From positions 126,666,001-126,730,000 of the forward strand of contig OX597820.1 of assembly GCA_951406725.2 (NCBI GenBank): a DNA stretch of 64,000 bases, read 5' to 3'. The notes beneath the pieces were generated by a model. That model searched no databases and had not been told where the DNA came from. It worked only from the letters and a program-made list of their open reading frames with translations. Of the stretch, positions 1 to 12,744 are shown one piece after another (within the stretch, counting starts at the first letter, position 1; every line of letters begins with the position of its first letter). The translations under genes were made by a program, and so were the position numbers. Source of the stretch: Octopus vulgaris (taxonomy: Eukaryota).

Positions 1-4
1 ACTC

Positions 5-35
<31 letters not shown>

Positions 36-462
36 CACATACATACATACATATATATATGTGTGTGTGTGTGTGTGTGTAAAGTGTCAGGTCACTTATG
101 AGGTTTCTCATGACTGCTACTAGTAACATGGAATCCAGTACAACCTATAGTTTTAAAAGCCCATAACTCCGAAACTACTTCAACTAAAAAGCTGAAATTT
201 CAGATATACTATTTCTGCATTGTATTGAGTCAGCACACCAAGTTTGGTAAAAACTTCAGCAGGCATTATGAACCCCACTAGAATTTTGCATGATTTGGGT
301 CAAAGGTGGTGACTGATTTCTTAAGTTGGGGATGACATTTTTTTCAAATAAAGCAAAATAAATGTTAGTTTCCTGACTCTTATAAAACTATTCATCGAAT
401 TACAATATAGGGTTATGAGGTAATAAAAAAGTCATATCCCTAATGTATATATGTATACATAC

Positions 463-524
<62 letters not shown>

Positions 525-559
525 GTGCATGTGTGTCCATCCAGTCTATCATCAAAGTC

Positions 560-2005
560 TATGATGAATTTTCATTAATCAAATTTCTCCAGACAGAGTG
601 ATCCCTAGCTTCCTGGTACCACTTTTCAGTGGGGATTGATAGATCTTTTATATTCTGCTTAACAGAATCTTTGAATCTCAATTTTTGTCTACCAACGTTC
701 CAGTTGCTACCTGTCTGCTGTCAAAACAGGACTTTCTTTTTGGAGTCTATTATCAACAAGTCTGGCAATGTGATCTGTCTAATGGAAATTTCTCTGCATT
801 GATAGATGCATGGGTTGAAAGCCAACCTTCTTAACGACTTCAGAATATGAGATATGCAGCCACTATTTGATGTTCTTGATAGCTCTCAGATGCCACATGA
901 CAAAGGCATTGATTCTTTTCACTAGTGTTTTGTAAACTGTCCATGCTTCTGCACCATACAGTAAAGCTGAGATGACAATGGCTCTATATACTTTACATTT
1001 TACTTTCATTGAGATGTTACAATTTTTTCATAGATGCTCAGCACGATATCCAATCAGAGATGAAGCTTTATCTATAAGATTTTTGAGCTCATTGTCTAAT
1101 TTATTGTCACTTGATACAATACTAGAAAGATAAATAAAATTACTGATATTGTTTTGCATGATTTCATCTAACACTGAATTGTCAGCTGCCATATTTATGA
1201 TGATGGCTGAAAAAGTACCTTAGTCTTTTTCAAATTGATTTGTAGGCTGAAGTCACCTGCAGATTCAGTAAATGCAGTGACCATTTTTTTGAAAGTTTGC
1301 ATGTAAATGTGCTAAGCAGCTAGTGTCATCTGTAGACATTAGTTCACAAATGAAAGAGTTTCGTCTTTGACTTTGATTTCAGTTTGGACAGATTAAATAG
1401 GTTAGCACCAGAGTTTGCTAGTATTAATACACCTTTGTCTATGTTAATAAATGCATCCTTTATAACTGCAGAGTGATATATAAACTGACAAGCATAGGGA
1501 CCAAGACTCAACCCTGCTTAATGCTATTTGTAATTTCAAATGGGTTAGAGAGTTTATTGTTCATGCTAATCCTAGTATTCATGCCCTGATGGAAACCTTT
1601 CACAAGATTCACAAACTTCTCAGGACACCCATAGTCACTCAAAACTTGCCGAAATTCCTCTCTATTCATTATGGCAAATGCTTTCTTAAAATAAATGAAG
1701 GCAGCATACATTGGCATATTCTGTTCCATGCACTATTCTTGAGTTTGGTGAAGTGTGAAGATCCGGTTGACAGTGCTTCATCAAGCTTTGAATCCACGTT
1801 GTGTTTCAGGGAGTATTTCCAAGGAAGTGTGGCTGTTAAGTTTGTCCAAGAGTATTCTGGCAAACACTTTTCCTGGAATTGAAATTAAGGGAATTCCTCA
1901 ATAGTTTCTACAGCTGGCCCTTTCTTCTTCTTCCATAAAAATGGTAACTATATAATCATCCTTCCATTCTTGTGGAATCTCATTTTTGATCATATTTTGG
2001 TTTCC
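560..2005 (-). pseudogene. Decayed RTE/BovB-type LINE reverse transcriptase fragment
   Basis: ORF 1508-1729 reads EQNMPMYAAFIYFKKAF...YGCPEKFVNLVKGFHQGM...SNPFEITNSIKQG (RT fingers/palm motifs). Flanking sequence has stops and frameshifts; boundaries approximate. Confidence 0.85.
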
Positions 2006-2142
2006 AGATAGGTTTCTTTCAGTTTCTGTCTTCCAATTCCTCTCACATGGCTTTGGTTGGCCTTGTGAAAGGATTTGGTAGAAGATACTTGCTCAAGGTA
2101 CCACTAAGTGAAACTAAACCAAACTTCTTCACCATTCCTCCA

Positions 2143-2176
2143 TAACCCTAACCCTAACCCTAACCCTAACCCTAAC
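2143..2176. repeat. Short interstitial telomere-like (TAACCC)n tract
   Basis: About 5.5 direct TAACCC units. Confidence 0.9.
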
Positions 2177-3399
2177 TAGAGTTTATATTAATCAGTTATG
2201 ACTTTAAGAAATAATTTTATACTTATTCATTTAAGCAATGGGGTGAGGTATAAAATTTTTCCTTCTATGTTTTCATTTAACCTTCCTTTTAAAGATATGT
2301 TTTCTTTTTTCGTTGTCTTTTTTTAGTTTCTTTTGAATATCAGATATTCAGAATTTGTAAGAAATTCGATATTGAAAAACAATTTTTTTAAAGCAATAAA
2401 TAAAAGTGATTTTATCAATTCAGAAAAATATTTAAGTTTCTGCAGAACCATTTAAGTTTCTAAATATTTTTTTAAGCAATAAATAAAAGCAATTTTATTT
2501 CAAAAATTTCTAAGAAATAACATCAGTCCAATGTTTCATAAATACGTTTAAAATTATATTAATTACGTAGATAAAGTACATGATTATCTTGTAATAATTC
2601 TAATTAGCTTCGAAAGTAACAACAGAATGTGTTGTGTATTCAATAGGGTGAAGACCCTCTTTGGTCATGAATGTCCATGGAATTGTACCGAGAAAGTTAC
2701 CTGCCAAGGCACAAGTCCAAGTAAGGATGTTTATAGAATACCAGCTTCCCCTCTCTACACCACTGATGTTATCTGAGGAAAAGGCAAAGGGGCAGATACA
2801 GCCTGGCACCAGTGGCATTGCAACCCCTTTCTACAGCTGAGTGAACTGGAGGAACGTGAAATAAAGTGTCTTGTATTCAATAACAAAAGCATTAATATTC
2901 TTCTCAGTCATGGCTGTGGTTAAGAAGCAACTTTTCCAGCCACATGGTTTCAGGTTCAGTTCCACTGAGGTTCAGTCCCCTTGGGTAAGTGTCTCCTGCT
3001 AGGCTGACCCAAAGCCTTGTCAGTGAATTTGGTCAAGGAAAATTGAATGAAATTCATCATAAATATGTTTGTGTGTGTGTGTGTGTGTATGCATAAGTGT
3101 GTGAGTGTGTGTGAATGTGTATGTTTGTGTCACCTTCTCTTGTGATTGCTGTAAATTCTTTTATTCTTCTACTTGTTTCAGTCATTTGAATGTGGCCATG
3201 TTGGAGCACTGCCTTAAAGGGTTTTAGTCGAAGAAATCAACCTCAAGTCTTATTCTTTGTAAGTCTACTACTTATTCTATTGGTCTCTTTTACCATGGTG
3301 ATGATGATGGTGGCAGGGATACACAGACAGACAGACAGACAGACAGATAGACAGATAGACAGATAGGTAGATAGATAGATAGGTAGATAGGTAGATAGG

Positions 3400-3440
<41 letters not shown>

Positions 3441-3654
3441 TGATAGATAGATCACTCTTAATGTTACCATTTGAATAGAATATGTTTCTTCAAGGAGGTC
3501 TAATAGTATTGAAACATATCCATTATTTTTAACCAGTTTACTTTCAAGACCAGATCCATTCCAATCTGTCTTGTTTACATTGTCCGAAAATTTCTATCAA
3601 TTAATCCTATCAGTGTTATTCCTCTTGCTTATTGCTTTCCTGGATTTTGTACAC

Positions 3655-3885
3655 CTATTTCTTTATTACCCACAAGGGGCTAAACACAGAGAGAACAAAC
3701 AAGGACAGACAAATGGATTAAGTCGATTATATCGACCCCAGTGCGTAACTGGTACTTATTTAATCAACCCCGAAAGGATGAAAGCAAAGTCGACCTCGGC
3801 AGAATTTGAGCTCAGAACATAGCAGCAGACGAAATACCGCTAAGCATTTCACCCAGCGTGCTAACGATTCTGCCAGCTCACCGCA
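3655..3885 (-). mobile_element. tRNA-type SINE family A copy
   Basis: Reverse complement of GGCGGTGAGCTGGCAGAATCGTTAGC...GAGTTCAAATT...GTCGACTTTGCCTTTCATCCTTTCGGGGTCGA. About 15 or more copies in the window (e.g. 5513, 20735, 22381, 34925, 35870, 50955, 57345). Confidence 0.85.
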
Positions 3886-4460
3886 CCTGTAGAGGAAATC
3901 TTGAGTTTTCAATTCACAAGTTTTTCAATTTCACATGCAAGAATTTACAGAATTTAATGCATCAAATCAAAGAAATAGAAGTGCAAGTCTATTAATTAGT
4001 ATCCCTGATCATTGAAGAAAGTCTTACTCGTTTACCATTATCATTTGTCTTAATCATGGTAATTTGTATAACCTAGAGTGTAATTAATGGGTTGTAGGAA
4101 TATTCCGAATACTGAATCAACCCTAAACACTCATTCATTTGTTAAGGATGAAGGTAAGATTGTACTGAGGTAATAAAACAGGTGCAGCATCCCTGAATAG
4201 GAATTGTATTCTTTTATTCTTTTATTTGTTTCTGCCATTTGACTACGGCCATTCTGGAGCACTACTTTGAAGGGCTTTAGTCAAACAAATCAACCCCTGG
4301 ATTTATATTTCTTAGCTTAGTACTTATTCTGTTGATATCTTTTGCTGAACAGTTAGATTACAGGGATGTAAACATGCCAACACCGGTTGTCAAGCAATGG
4401 TGGGGGGACGAACACAGAGATAAATACACACACACATAGATATATATATACATATACATA

Positions 4461-5312
4461 TACAGGGTGTGAAAGGTAAATTGTGAACATTTTATATTTT
4501 TAATTTCATGCATACACATTGTTTGTTTTTAAGTTTGTCAGCTAGACAGTATAGTAGGGTCAGTTGGGCACCGTCAGTGGGAAAATAGTATCATGAGGCA
4601 GTTCACTCTGCTAGAAATTTGGAAATGATATACTGTACTGCTTGGCATTCATGCCAGAAGCTCCAATATGCACATTTCAGAGTGTTTGGGTGTCAATCTG
4701 AGGACGACGCAATCTGAGGACATGTACTGAGAGGGATAAAAATCAAACATCCAGTCAACATCATAGTGTTTGGAGTAATCACTAATGATGGTGACATTAT
4801 AACTCAATTCATCTTCCCATTCGGCCTCACACTCAACACAGCCCACATCAAATGCCTGGAGGAGGTAGTGCTGCCCTGGAAGACCCTATGTCTAGCAACA
4901 GGACTCTGCTCCATGCCTCATAAGCAGGAAAACCCAGTCATGGCTGTCAGGCAATTTCTACGACCACATCATCTAACTCCCCAGACTGCAACCCCTTTGG
5001 TTATTATGTGTAGGGTGCAGTTGAGTAAGAGACTAACAAAACTCCTTGTAACACCAAAGATGAAGTGAAGGCAAGGATTATGGCAGCATTCACTAACTTA
5101 AACAAGGAGACTGTTCAGAAGAGTTGCGGGAGATTCCGAAGTCGTCAGGAGGCCATGGTTGAAGCCAATGGCAATTTTATTGAATAAATTCACTCTTTAG
5201 TATTTCAAGATATTTTTATCTAATTTCAGTAAATATATCTGTTAAAATGAGATGTCAGTGTTATTTTCATTTTTGCGTATTTTAGAAGACAGTTTATTCA
5301 CCACACCATGTA
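4461..5312 (+). mobile_element. Internally deleted Tc1/mariner-superfamily (maT-like) DNA transposon relic
   Basis: TA-flanked imperfect TIRs (TACAGGGTGTG.../...CACACCATGTA). Transposase pieces VFGVITNDG...CLEEVVLPW, QQDSAP, a PDCNP motif and C-terminal ELKARIMAAFTNLNKETVQKSCGRFRSR...EANGNFIE, with frameshifts. Confidence 0.8.
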
Positions 5313-7256
5313 TGTGTGTGTGTGTGTGTATACAACAGATTTCTTTCAGTTTCTGTCTACCAAGTCCACCCACAAGGCTTTGGTCAGCCCAAGGCTAGAG
5401 TAGAAGACACTTGCTGAAGGTGTCACACGATGGGACTGAACCCAGAACCATATGGCTGGCAAGCAAGCTACTTACCAACCTTCAGTTTGGATAATATTAT
5501 TAGATCTTGGATGGAGGTAGTGAGATGGCAGGAACATTAGCACAGCAGGCAAAGTGCTTAGCAGCATTTTGTCCACCTTTATGTTCTGAGTTCAAATTCC
5601 TCTGAGGTTGACTTAGCCTTTCATCCTTTCAAGGTTGATAAAATAAGTACCTGTTGAACACTGTCGTCGATGTAATTGACTAATCCGCTTCCCCTGAACT
5701 TGCTGGCCTAATGCCATATTTTGAACCCTTTATTAGATCTTGGAAATCTTCTGCATGTTACATAAACCTTTACCTGTCCTGTGTATCACACATGCTACAC
5801 TAAATATATTTCACCTGCATCCATGCATCATATATGATACATATTTCCAAAAGGGCTCAGGGGATGGATTCCTTTGGGTTGCTGTCAGGGATTTTGTATT
5901 TTTTCAATTTTATTTCAATTGTTTTCAGCTTTGGTTAGACCAATTTTCTTTCATACTAATTATGAAATGGTTTTGCCAGTTGTTGTCAAACTGTCCAACC
6001 CATGCCAGCATGGAAAATGGATGTTAAATGTTGATGATGATGAAACTCATTTTTGCCATAAATCTATTATAATAAAAGTGAAATTCTGCCAGTCTGTGGC
6101 GCCCGTACTTTTGTCTGCATTTGCTCTACACAAACATAGTATAGCTTTTTGGAATCAAGATGATCATGGGATTGAAAATCTTCCCTTCATTTGGTTCTTG
6201 AACATCCAGTACTGGGATCTGATTTAAAAGCACTTGGGTTCTTATTTCTAGCAGGTAAAATTTGGCTGATTCACACCATCTTGGTTGGCATCAGAGATCG
6301 AGGCGGACATAAATGACATTTGCTTTGTTAATTTTATGTTGAGATAAGAACTTTGGAACAAATTGGCCAACAGCTGGAATTCAACTTGGGACTGAAACAA
6401 TAGAATGATTGCATTACAGAATTATTTCTCATCCATCCTTTACCACCAGGTATAATCATTATAGACATATTATAGTCATGTTATTTAGCTGTCTTTAGTT
6501 TTGGGTTGCAGGCCCAATTAGCCCTCTGCAGGAGCTAGCTTAAAAGTCTGTTCGGATTGTGGCTTCTAAGCTAGTTAATAGATAAAATTTTAATAGCTTT
6601 TATAGTTTTCAAATTTTGGGTAATCTTAGCCAATCGAAAGCCACCATTATACACGACCATAAACGTCATGCAGGTGTCTGTTTACACAGTAACAAGCAAA
6701 GCTGTAGTCTGCCCTGCTTTCATTATATCAAGGACATTGTGTTTGCATGACCCTGATATTTTCACCACTACAAGCACAAGTTTTGACAAGCAATATCTGT
6801 TTGTGCCTGTGTTCTTTCTACATGTCATTTTGTGAACAGACAGTGATCATCATCATCATGCAGGAAATGTTAGCTTCTGATTCCTGTTTTATGACTGAAC
6901 TAAAAAGTATCAAATTTAGAACCTCAATAATATTTTTCTAGATTTTTCTTGGAATAATTGAATCCCAAATTTGGATCAGCATGAAACATTTCATGAATAT
7001 AACAAATTTTAAAATCTTTACTTAATTTTAAAATTTCCAAATTTGCAACAGCAACCACAAAGATCACACACATATGCACACACAAAGTGTGCATGTGCAT
7101 ATGTGTGTGTAAGAAATTGGGGTAACAAAAGAATATACAATTTATGTTGTGAGCTTCATTAGCTTACTGTTGTTTCTGCTATAAGTTGCAAGCATTTGTA
7201 TGTTGAGTTCTAACACCAAGTTATTAACATCACAAGGCCTTAGCAAAATATCAAAA

Positions 7257-9344
7257 TATTGAGTCATCCCATAAATAATGCGTTTTTTTAATACTTTTTT
7301 ATTTTTCTGAAGGTCGCAAGGAATGAAGCTAGTATGAACCGATGGATGTGGAATGTCAGTGTGCATACTCAACAGAGTGTAAGTACCTTGAGAGAAAAGT
7401 TGGACCTAAGAAGCATCAGATGTAGTGTGCAAGAGAGGCGACTGCGCTGGTATGGGCATGTGGTGAGAATGGATGAGGATAGCTGTGTGAAAAAGTGCCA
7501 CAACCTAGGGAACCTGTGGAAGAGGTAGACCCAGGAAGACCTGGGATGAAGTGGTGAAGCACAACCTTCGAACATTTGGCCTCACTGAGGGAATGACCAG
7601 TGACCGAAACTTTTGGAAATATGCTGTGCTTGAGGAGACCTGGCAAGACAAGTGAGACCATAACCTTGTGGCCTAAGCCAGGGGTATAACCAGCCCACTT
7701 ATGCATACCTTCCCTTCATTGGACACTGCATGCAAAGACCTGTTGAGGCAAGTGAAATCGAAATCAAAATCAAATTCGATGACTGGCATTCGTGCTAGTT
7801 GAGCACTAAGAGCACCATCCAAGGGTGATCATTGCCAGAGCAGCAAACTGGCGTTCATGCTGGTGGCACATAAAAAGCACCATTCGAGCGTGATCGTTAC
7901 CAGCGTCACCTTACTAGCACTTGTGCTGGTGTGCAGGTGACACATAAAAAAAAGAAAAAAAAACGATTTTTGCGTGGTCATTGCCAGTACCACCTGACTG
8001 ATCCTCATGCCGGTGGTACGTAAAAGCACCCACTACACCCTTGGAGTGGTTGGAGTTAGGAAGGGCATCTAGCTGTAGAAACTCTGCCAGATCAAGACTG
8101 GAGCCTGGTGCAGCCATCTGGTTCACCAGTCCTCAGTCAAACCGTCCAACCCATGCTAGCATGGAAAGCGGACGTTAAACGATGATGATGATATAAACAA
8201 AGTTCTTTTTTACTCTACTCTCCTTTATTTCCTACAATGCTCTTCCATCTATCTTGTAGACTTGCAAGGGCCCCCCACCCTCTTCAAAATTTATTTGTCC
8301 ATGACGAAAATTACTCCTCCAGTACTGTTCTGACCTCCTCTACAGAATTCATATTTTTTCCATCCAAATTATTTTGAAGACTGCTAAATAAATAATAATA
8401 AGATGGGGGAATGTCTGGAGAATATGGTGGGTGGGACTTCATTTCTAATCCAAACTGCTCCAGCCTTTGGAATCTCTTCCTTGCCGTAGGTGGCTGAGTA
8501 TTATCCTGATGGAAGAACCACCTTTCGTCTTGAAACCAAAAATGGTCGTTTTTCTTCTAGCGCTGACTTAAGCCGCTCAAGCTGCTCTTTGTAGATCTCC
8601 TTTCTTATTGTTTGGTTTGGGTTTAAAAGTTCAAAGTGGACTAAACTTTTCATATCTCACCAAACAGATAACATCACTTTAAATGGGAGAAGACCTTCTT
8701 AAACTTGGGGTGCTGGTGTTTCTCCTTTCCCTATCCACAGTCTTCACATTTTTATAGAGAACCCATTTCTCGTCACCAGTCACTATTCAGTCCAAAAAAG
8801 GTTCATTCGTGAGATGTGACAACAAAGAAGAGTACATATTCACTCTCTGTGCATGATTAAAATGGTTGAATGACCAAATCCAAACTTCTCTGCTAGTTCC
8901 TCAACAGTTACAATGGGATTTTGTTCCACTGGGGTTTGCAGGGTGTCCTCGTAGAGTTCTACAGATATTTCAGGATGAGGCTCATCTTCTAAGCTGTAGT
9001 TTCCAGCTTGGAATTTCTGGAACCACTGTTGACACTGGCTCATACTTATTATCCGATCCCCATATCCTGCATTAAGATTCCTCACACTTTCTGTTGTGTT
9101 GTTGCCTTTATTGAACTCCTAAAGCAAAATATGCCGAATATGTTCCTTTGTCACTTCCATTATAGCTTTGAAAAAATAACAGTTAAAATAGAACTGCACT
9201 CTTCAAAACTTGCACTAAGAATAAGGACAAGGTAAAATTACAACCTGTTTTTATAGTAAGTTGATGCAGGTAGTTTATCCCATCCCCCTCTGACTTTTAG
9301 TTCATGCAACTGAAAAACCGCTTTATTTATGGGATGACCCAGTA
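7257..9344 (-). mobile_element. Mariner DNA transposon relic interrupted by an RTE insertion
   Basis: TIRs TATTGAGTCATCCCATAAATAATGCG (7257) and CGCTTTATTTATGGGATGACCCAGTA (9344). HTH WFQKFQAGNYSLEDE...TVEELAEKFG (8840-9085), IVTGDEKWV (~8760-8790) and PYSPDIPPS (~8400-8425); multiple lesions. Confidence 0.85.
7312..8192 (+). mobile_element. 5'-truncated copy of the RTE LINE family
   Basis: Encodes RNEASM..W.NVSVHTQQSVSTLRE...QERRLRWYGHVVRMDED, homologous to the C-terminus of the 41221-44334 ORF. Followed by the same 3' UTR and (GAT)n tail. Confidence 0.92.
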
Positions 9345-9827
9345 CTGGTTATAATAACCGACTAAGGAATATGAACTAACAGTATCCATTACCCGTAATA
9401 TTCCTGAGCATTGGTGTACAGGCACACCAGGCATGTAGAGTGCAGGTAACAACAGGATAATCAAGGGTTTATCAGGAACCAACGGAGTAAACCTCAGATT
9501 AACAAAATATATATATTTAATGATTGATACGGAAGACTGAGTGTACTGGAAGCTTTATTAAGCACAACAGTCATTTTAGCTTATTTCTGCTCTGCTCCCT
9601 AATAGGTGGGGAGCAATATAATGGAATCAAATGCACTACATAGTGCAGATGAAAGCTCCTTGGGGTACGTAATAATCTTCAGCATTATTAAGATGCACAT
9701 TTTGGTAATGTGCACATTTGTAATTAGTTCACAAATACATTAACGAGGCAGGATGACTGGTGTATAGTCTGGCAGTGGTTGGTAAAGAATACAAAAACAT
9801 ATATATATGTATATGTACTCACACACA

Positions 9828-9864
<37 letters not shown>

Positions 9865-9995
9865 TTTTTTTTTTATTTAAAAGCAGCAGAAATTCAGTTA
9901 AATTTCTGCTGCTTTTAAATAAAGCACATTACTCTACCTCTGGTATTTGAGTACTCTTTTTTTCCACCTTGTTTCACATTTCTGTGTTTACTTCG

Positions 9996-10108
<113 letters not shown>

Positions 10109-10131
10109 CTCTCCTTGTTTTTTCTGTGTCC

Positions 10132-10167
10132 CTTTCTGTAGAAGAGCGTAGGCTCGAAACATAAAAG
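10132..10167 (+). ncRNA. Minimal type I hammerhead-like motif, variant core, decayed
   Basis: CTTT-CTGTAGA-A-GAGC-GTAG-GCTC-GAAAC-ATA-AAAG; helix I CTTT/AAAG, helix II GAGC/GCTC. The paralogue at 38555 gives consensus GAAACGTA. Confidence 0.55.
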
Positions 10168-10254
10168 ACTTTTTCTATTCCTGAGTGTTATACTAATACA
10201 CCTGTTTGTTTTGTACACCACCTGTCTTCATCTTTTGTTTTTTTCGTAAACTCT

Positions 10255-10382
<128 letters not shown>

Positions 10383-10465
10383 TATCATATATATATTTAT
10401 ATATGTGACCGTGTGTGTACTTTTTTTCCCCTGTCTTCCCTTCCTTGGATCTTTCCTTTTCCTAT

Positions 10466-10500
10466 GTTTCTGACGAAGAGCTCCGCTCGAAACGTTAAAT
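10466..10500 (+). ncRNA. Minimal type I hammerhead ribozyme motif (Penelope-type)
   Basis: GTTT-CTGACGA-A-GAGC-TCC-GCTC-GAAAC-GTT-AAAT: canonical CUGANGA and GAAA boxes, loop-less palindromic ACGU helix III, NUH = GUU. Confidence 0.7.
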
Positions 10501-11123
10501 CCTCCTTCTTTCTTTCCTTTCCTGAGCGTCCAATAACACTACACTTGTTCCATGTCCTCACGTTGTTGTGTTTTCTCTCTGTGTTTTCATGTTTGGATTA
10601 ACTTTATATATATATATGTACATGCTTCCATATCCATGCAGACCTGAAACTAATACCAGCTACAGTTTGACAAAATGATAATGGCACATTAAAATTGAAA
10701 ATTACCAAAGTAACAGGTTAAATAGTTACAAAGGAAAGTCCTAATAGCTATTTAAAAGTCACATATATTGGGTTTCAGTTGAATTGTCTGCAACAAGCTG
10801 AAGCATGGCTGTTTAAGTATTTTTGGCACTTAAATAATAGATGGCATATTTTACAAAATAAAAGTGAAATGAAAATAATGATAAATGTGTTTTTAATTGC
10901 TTTGTAATGACCCTTCTGTGATGCAAGTGTTTAATTTTGAGCTCCAGTCAAGTCTTGCATTTCTCAAATACGGCTCAGAAGTGCAGAGTGTGAGAGGGGG
11001 GAAAAGGAAGGGGGAACTAGAAAGGGGTGAAGGGAAAGGAGAGGAAGAGAGGAGAAGAGGAAAAGAGAGAAAGAGAGATTTACATCTAGATAAAATCAGC
11101 AAAAGATAGATAGATAGATAAAT

Positions 11124-11154
<31 letters not shown>

Positions 11155-11429
11155 TAGAGAAAGAGAGAGAGAGAGAAAGACAGACAGACAGACTGACAGA
11201 TGGATGGATGGGCAGACGGACGGAAGGGCAGGCAGACGTGCAAATGGGCAGGTAGACGCTTGGGCAAACAGACAGTGAGATACATACATAGATTGATAGG
11301 TGGCTATATATATATATATGCGGGTATATATATATATATATATACATATATAATATAAGCATATTACTCTACCTCTGGCATTTGAGTACTCTTTTTTCCA
11401 CCTTGTTTCACATTTATGTGTTTATTCCA

Positions 11430-11495
<66 letters not shown>

Positions 11496-11594
11496 CATAC
11501 ATATTAGAGATAGACAGACAGATAAATAGATAGATAGATAGAAAGACAGGCAGACAGACAGACAGACAGACAGATAGATAGATAGATAGATATA

Positions 11595-11634
<40 letters not shown>

Positions 11635-11803
11635 TAGATAGATGAGTGGAACTGTAGATAGATGGAAGCACAGATAGAAAACCAACACCAAATAATGAGA
11701 GACGAAAGTGGGATAAAAAGAAACAAGTGAAAATAGGCAGCTCGTTAGATAAGATACAAAATAATTGGCTTCGAAGAGAGAAATTGTAAGATTCAATGAA
11801 TGG

Positions 11804-11874
<71 letters not shown>

Positions 11875-12285
11875 ACTGACAGAGAAGCATAACAGAGAAC
11901 ATCGACATAAACCAATTGATAGATATCTTAGCTTTCCTCTCTAGAACATTACTATGGTCACAGTTGCCATGCCAACAAACTGTATGTCACAACCATTGCT
12001 TGCTAAACTACATAGCAACAACAGACCAGCTTATTTAATGTTTGTCGGTGAAGTTTTACATAAGATGAGATATCATTTCTATGTACGTCTGCTTCTCCAA
12101 TGAAAACTGACCAAGAATGTGTTTTCTGATCTATTGTCATTGACTTCTATAATATACGGCTCTGTGTTTTTTTGTTTTATTTTGTCTTGATTTTTCTAAG
12201 GGAGCTGTAGTAATACATTAGGGGACGTTTTTGATAATTTAATGGAGAGGAGATGGTGATTTTAACACATCATGGAAGGAGTTTG

Positions 12286-12715
12286 GGATCTTTTCGGTTT
12301 GAACAGCAGTTTTTTCCAGCAGTGTCATATGAAATTGTCACCCATAATTATGACCCTAGTATCAATCTATTGCATTTCAATCTGTTTTAGGGTTAGGGTT
12401 AGGGTTAGGGTTAGGGGTTGGGGGAAGGGTATCTTTTCTTTCTTCACAAATGTAAATAAACCCAATCTGTTTCTTAAACGAGGGACATATTCATACGGCA
12501 CAGAATGTTTTCACCTCAATGGACGTCAGTGATTGGTTGAAATTGAAGAAATTGAAGAAGAAAAACAACAAATATCTTACAAACTATAGAATTTTCTCAA
12601 TAAAGCCAAGAGAAAAAAATGTTTTATAAACACATTCTACCAGTATATGAAGTTTAAAAGTGTTTAGTTAAGTGGAAATTATTTTTAAAAACTGCCGGTC
12701 AAACCGAAAAGATCC
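12286..12715. mobile_element. MITE with ~28-bp TIRs, near-perfect 8-bp TSD and internal (TTAGGG)5
   Basis: TIRs GGATCTTTTCGGTTTGAACAGCAGTTTT and AAAACTGCCGGTCAAACCGAAAAGATCC; flanks GGAGTTTG / GGAGTTTT; TTAGGG x5 at 12387-12416. Confidence 0.85.
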
Positions 12716-12744
12716 GGAGTTTTAAAAAGTCACTGACAGCCTTT

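Noticed and set aside
6062-6575. Possible Helitron-type ends (TCTATTATAATAAAA...CTAGT)
   Set aside because: Only short motifs, no clear subterminal hairpin and no second copy in the window.
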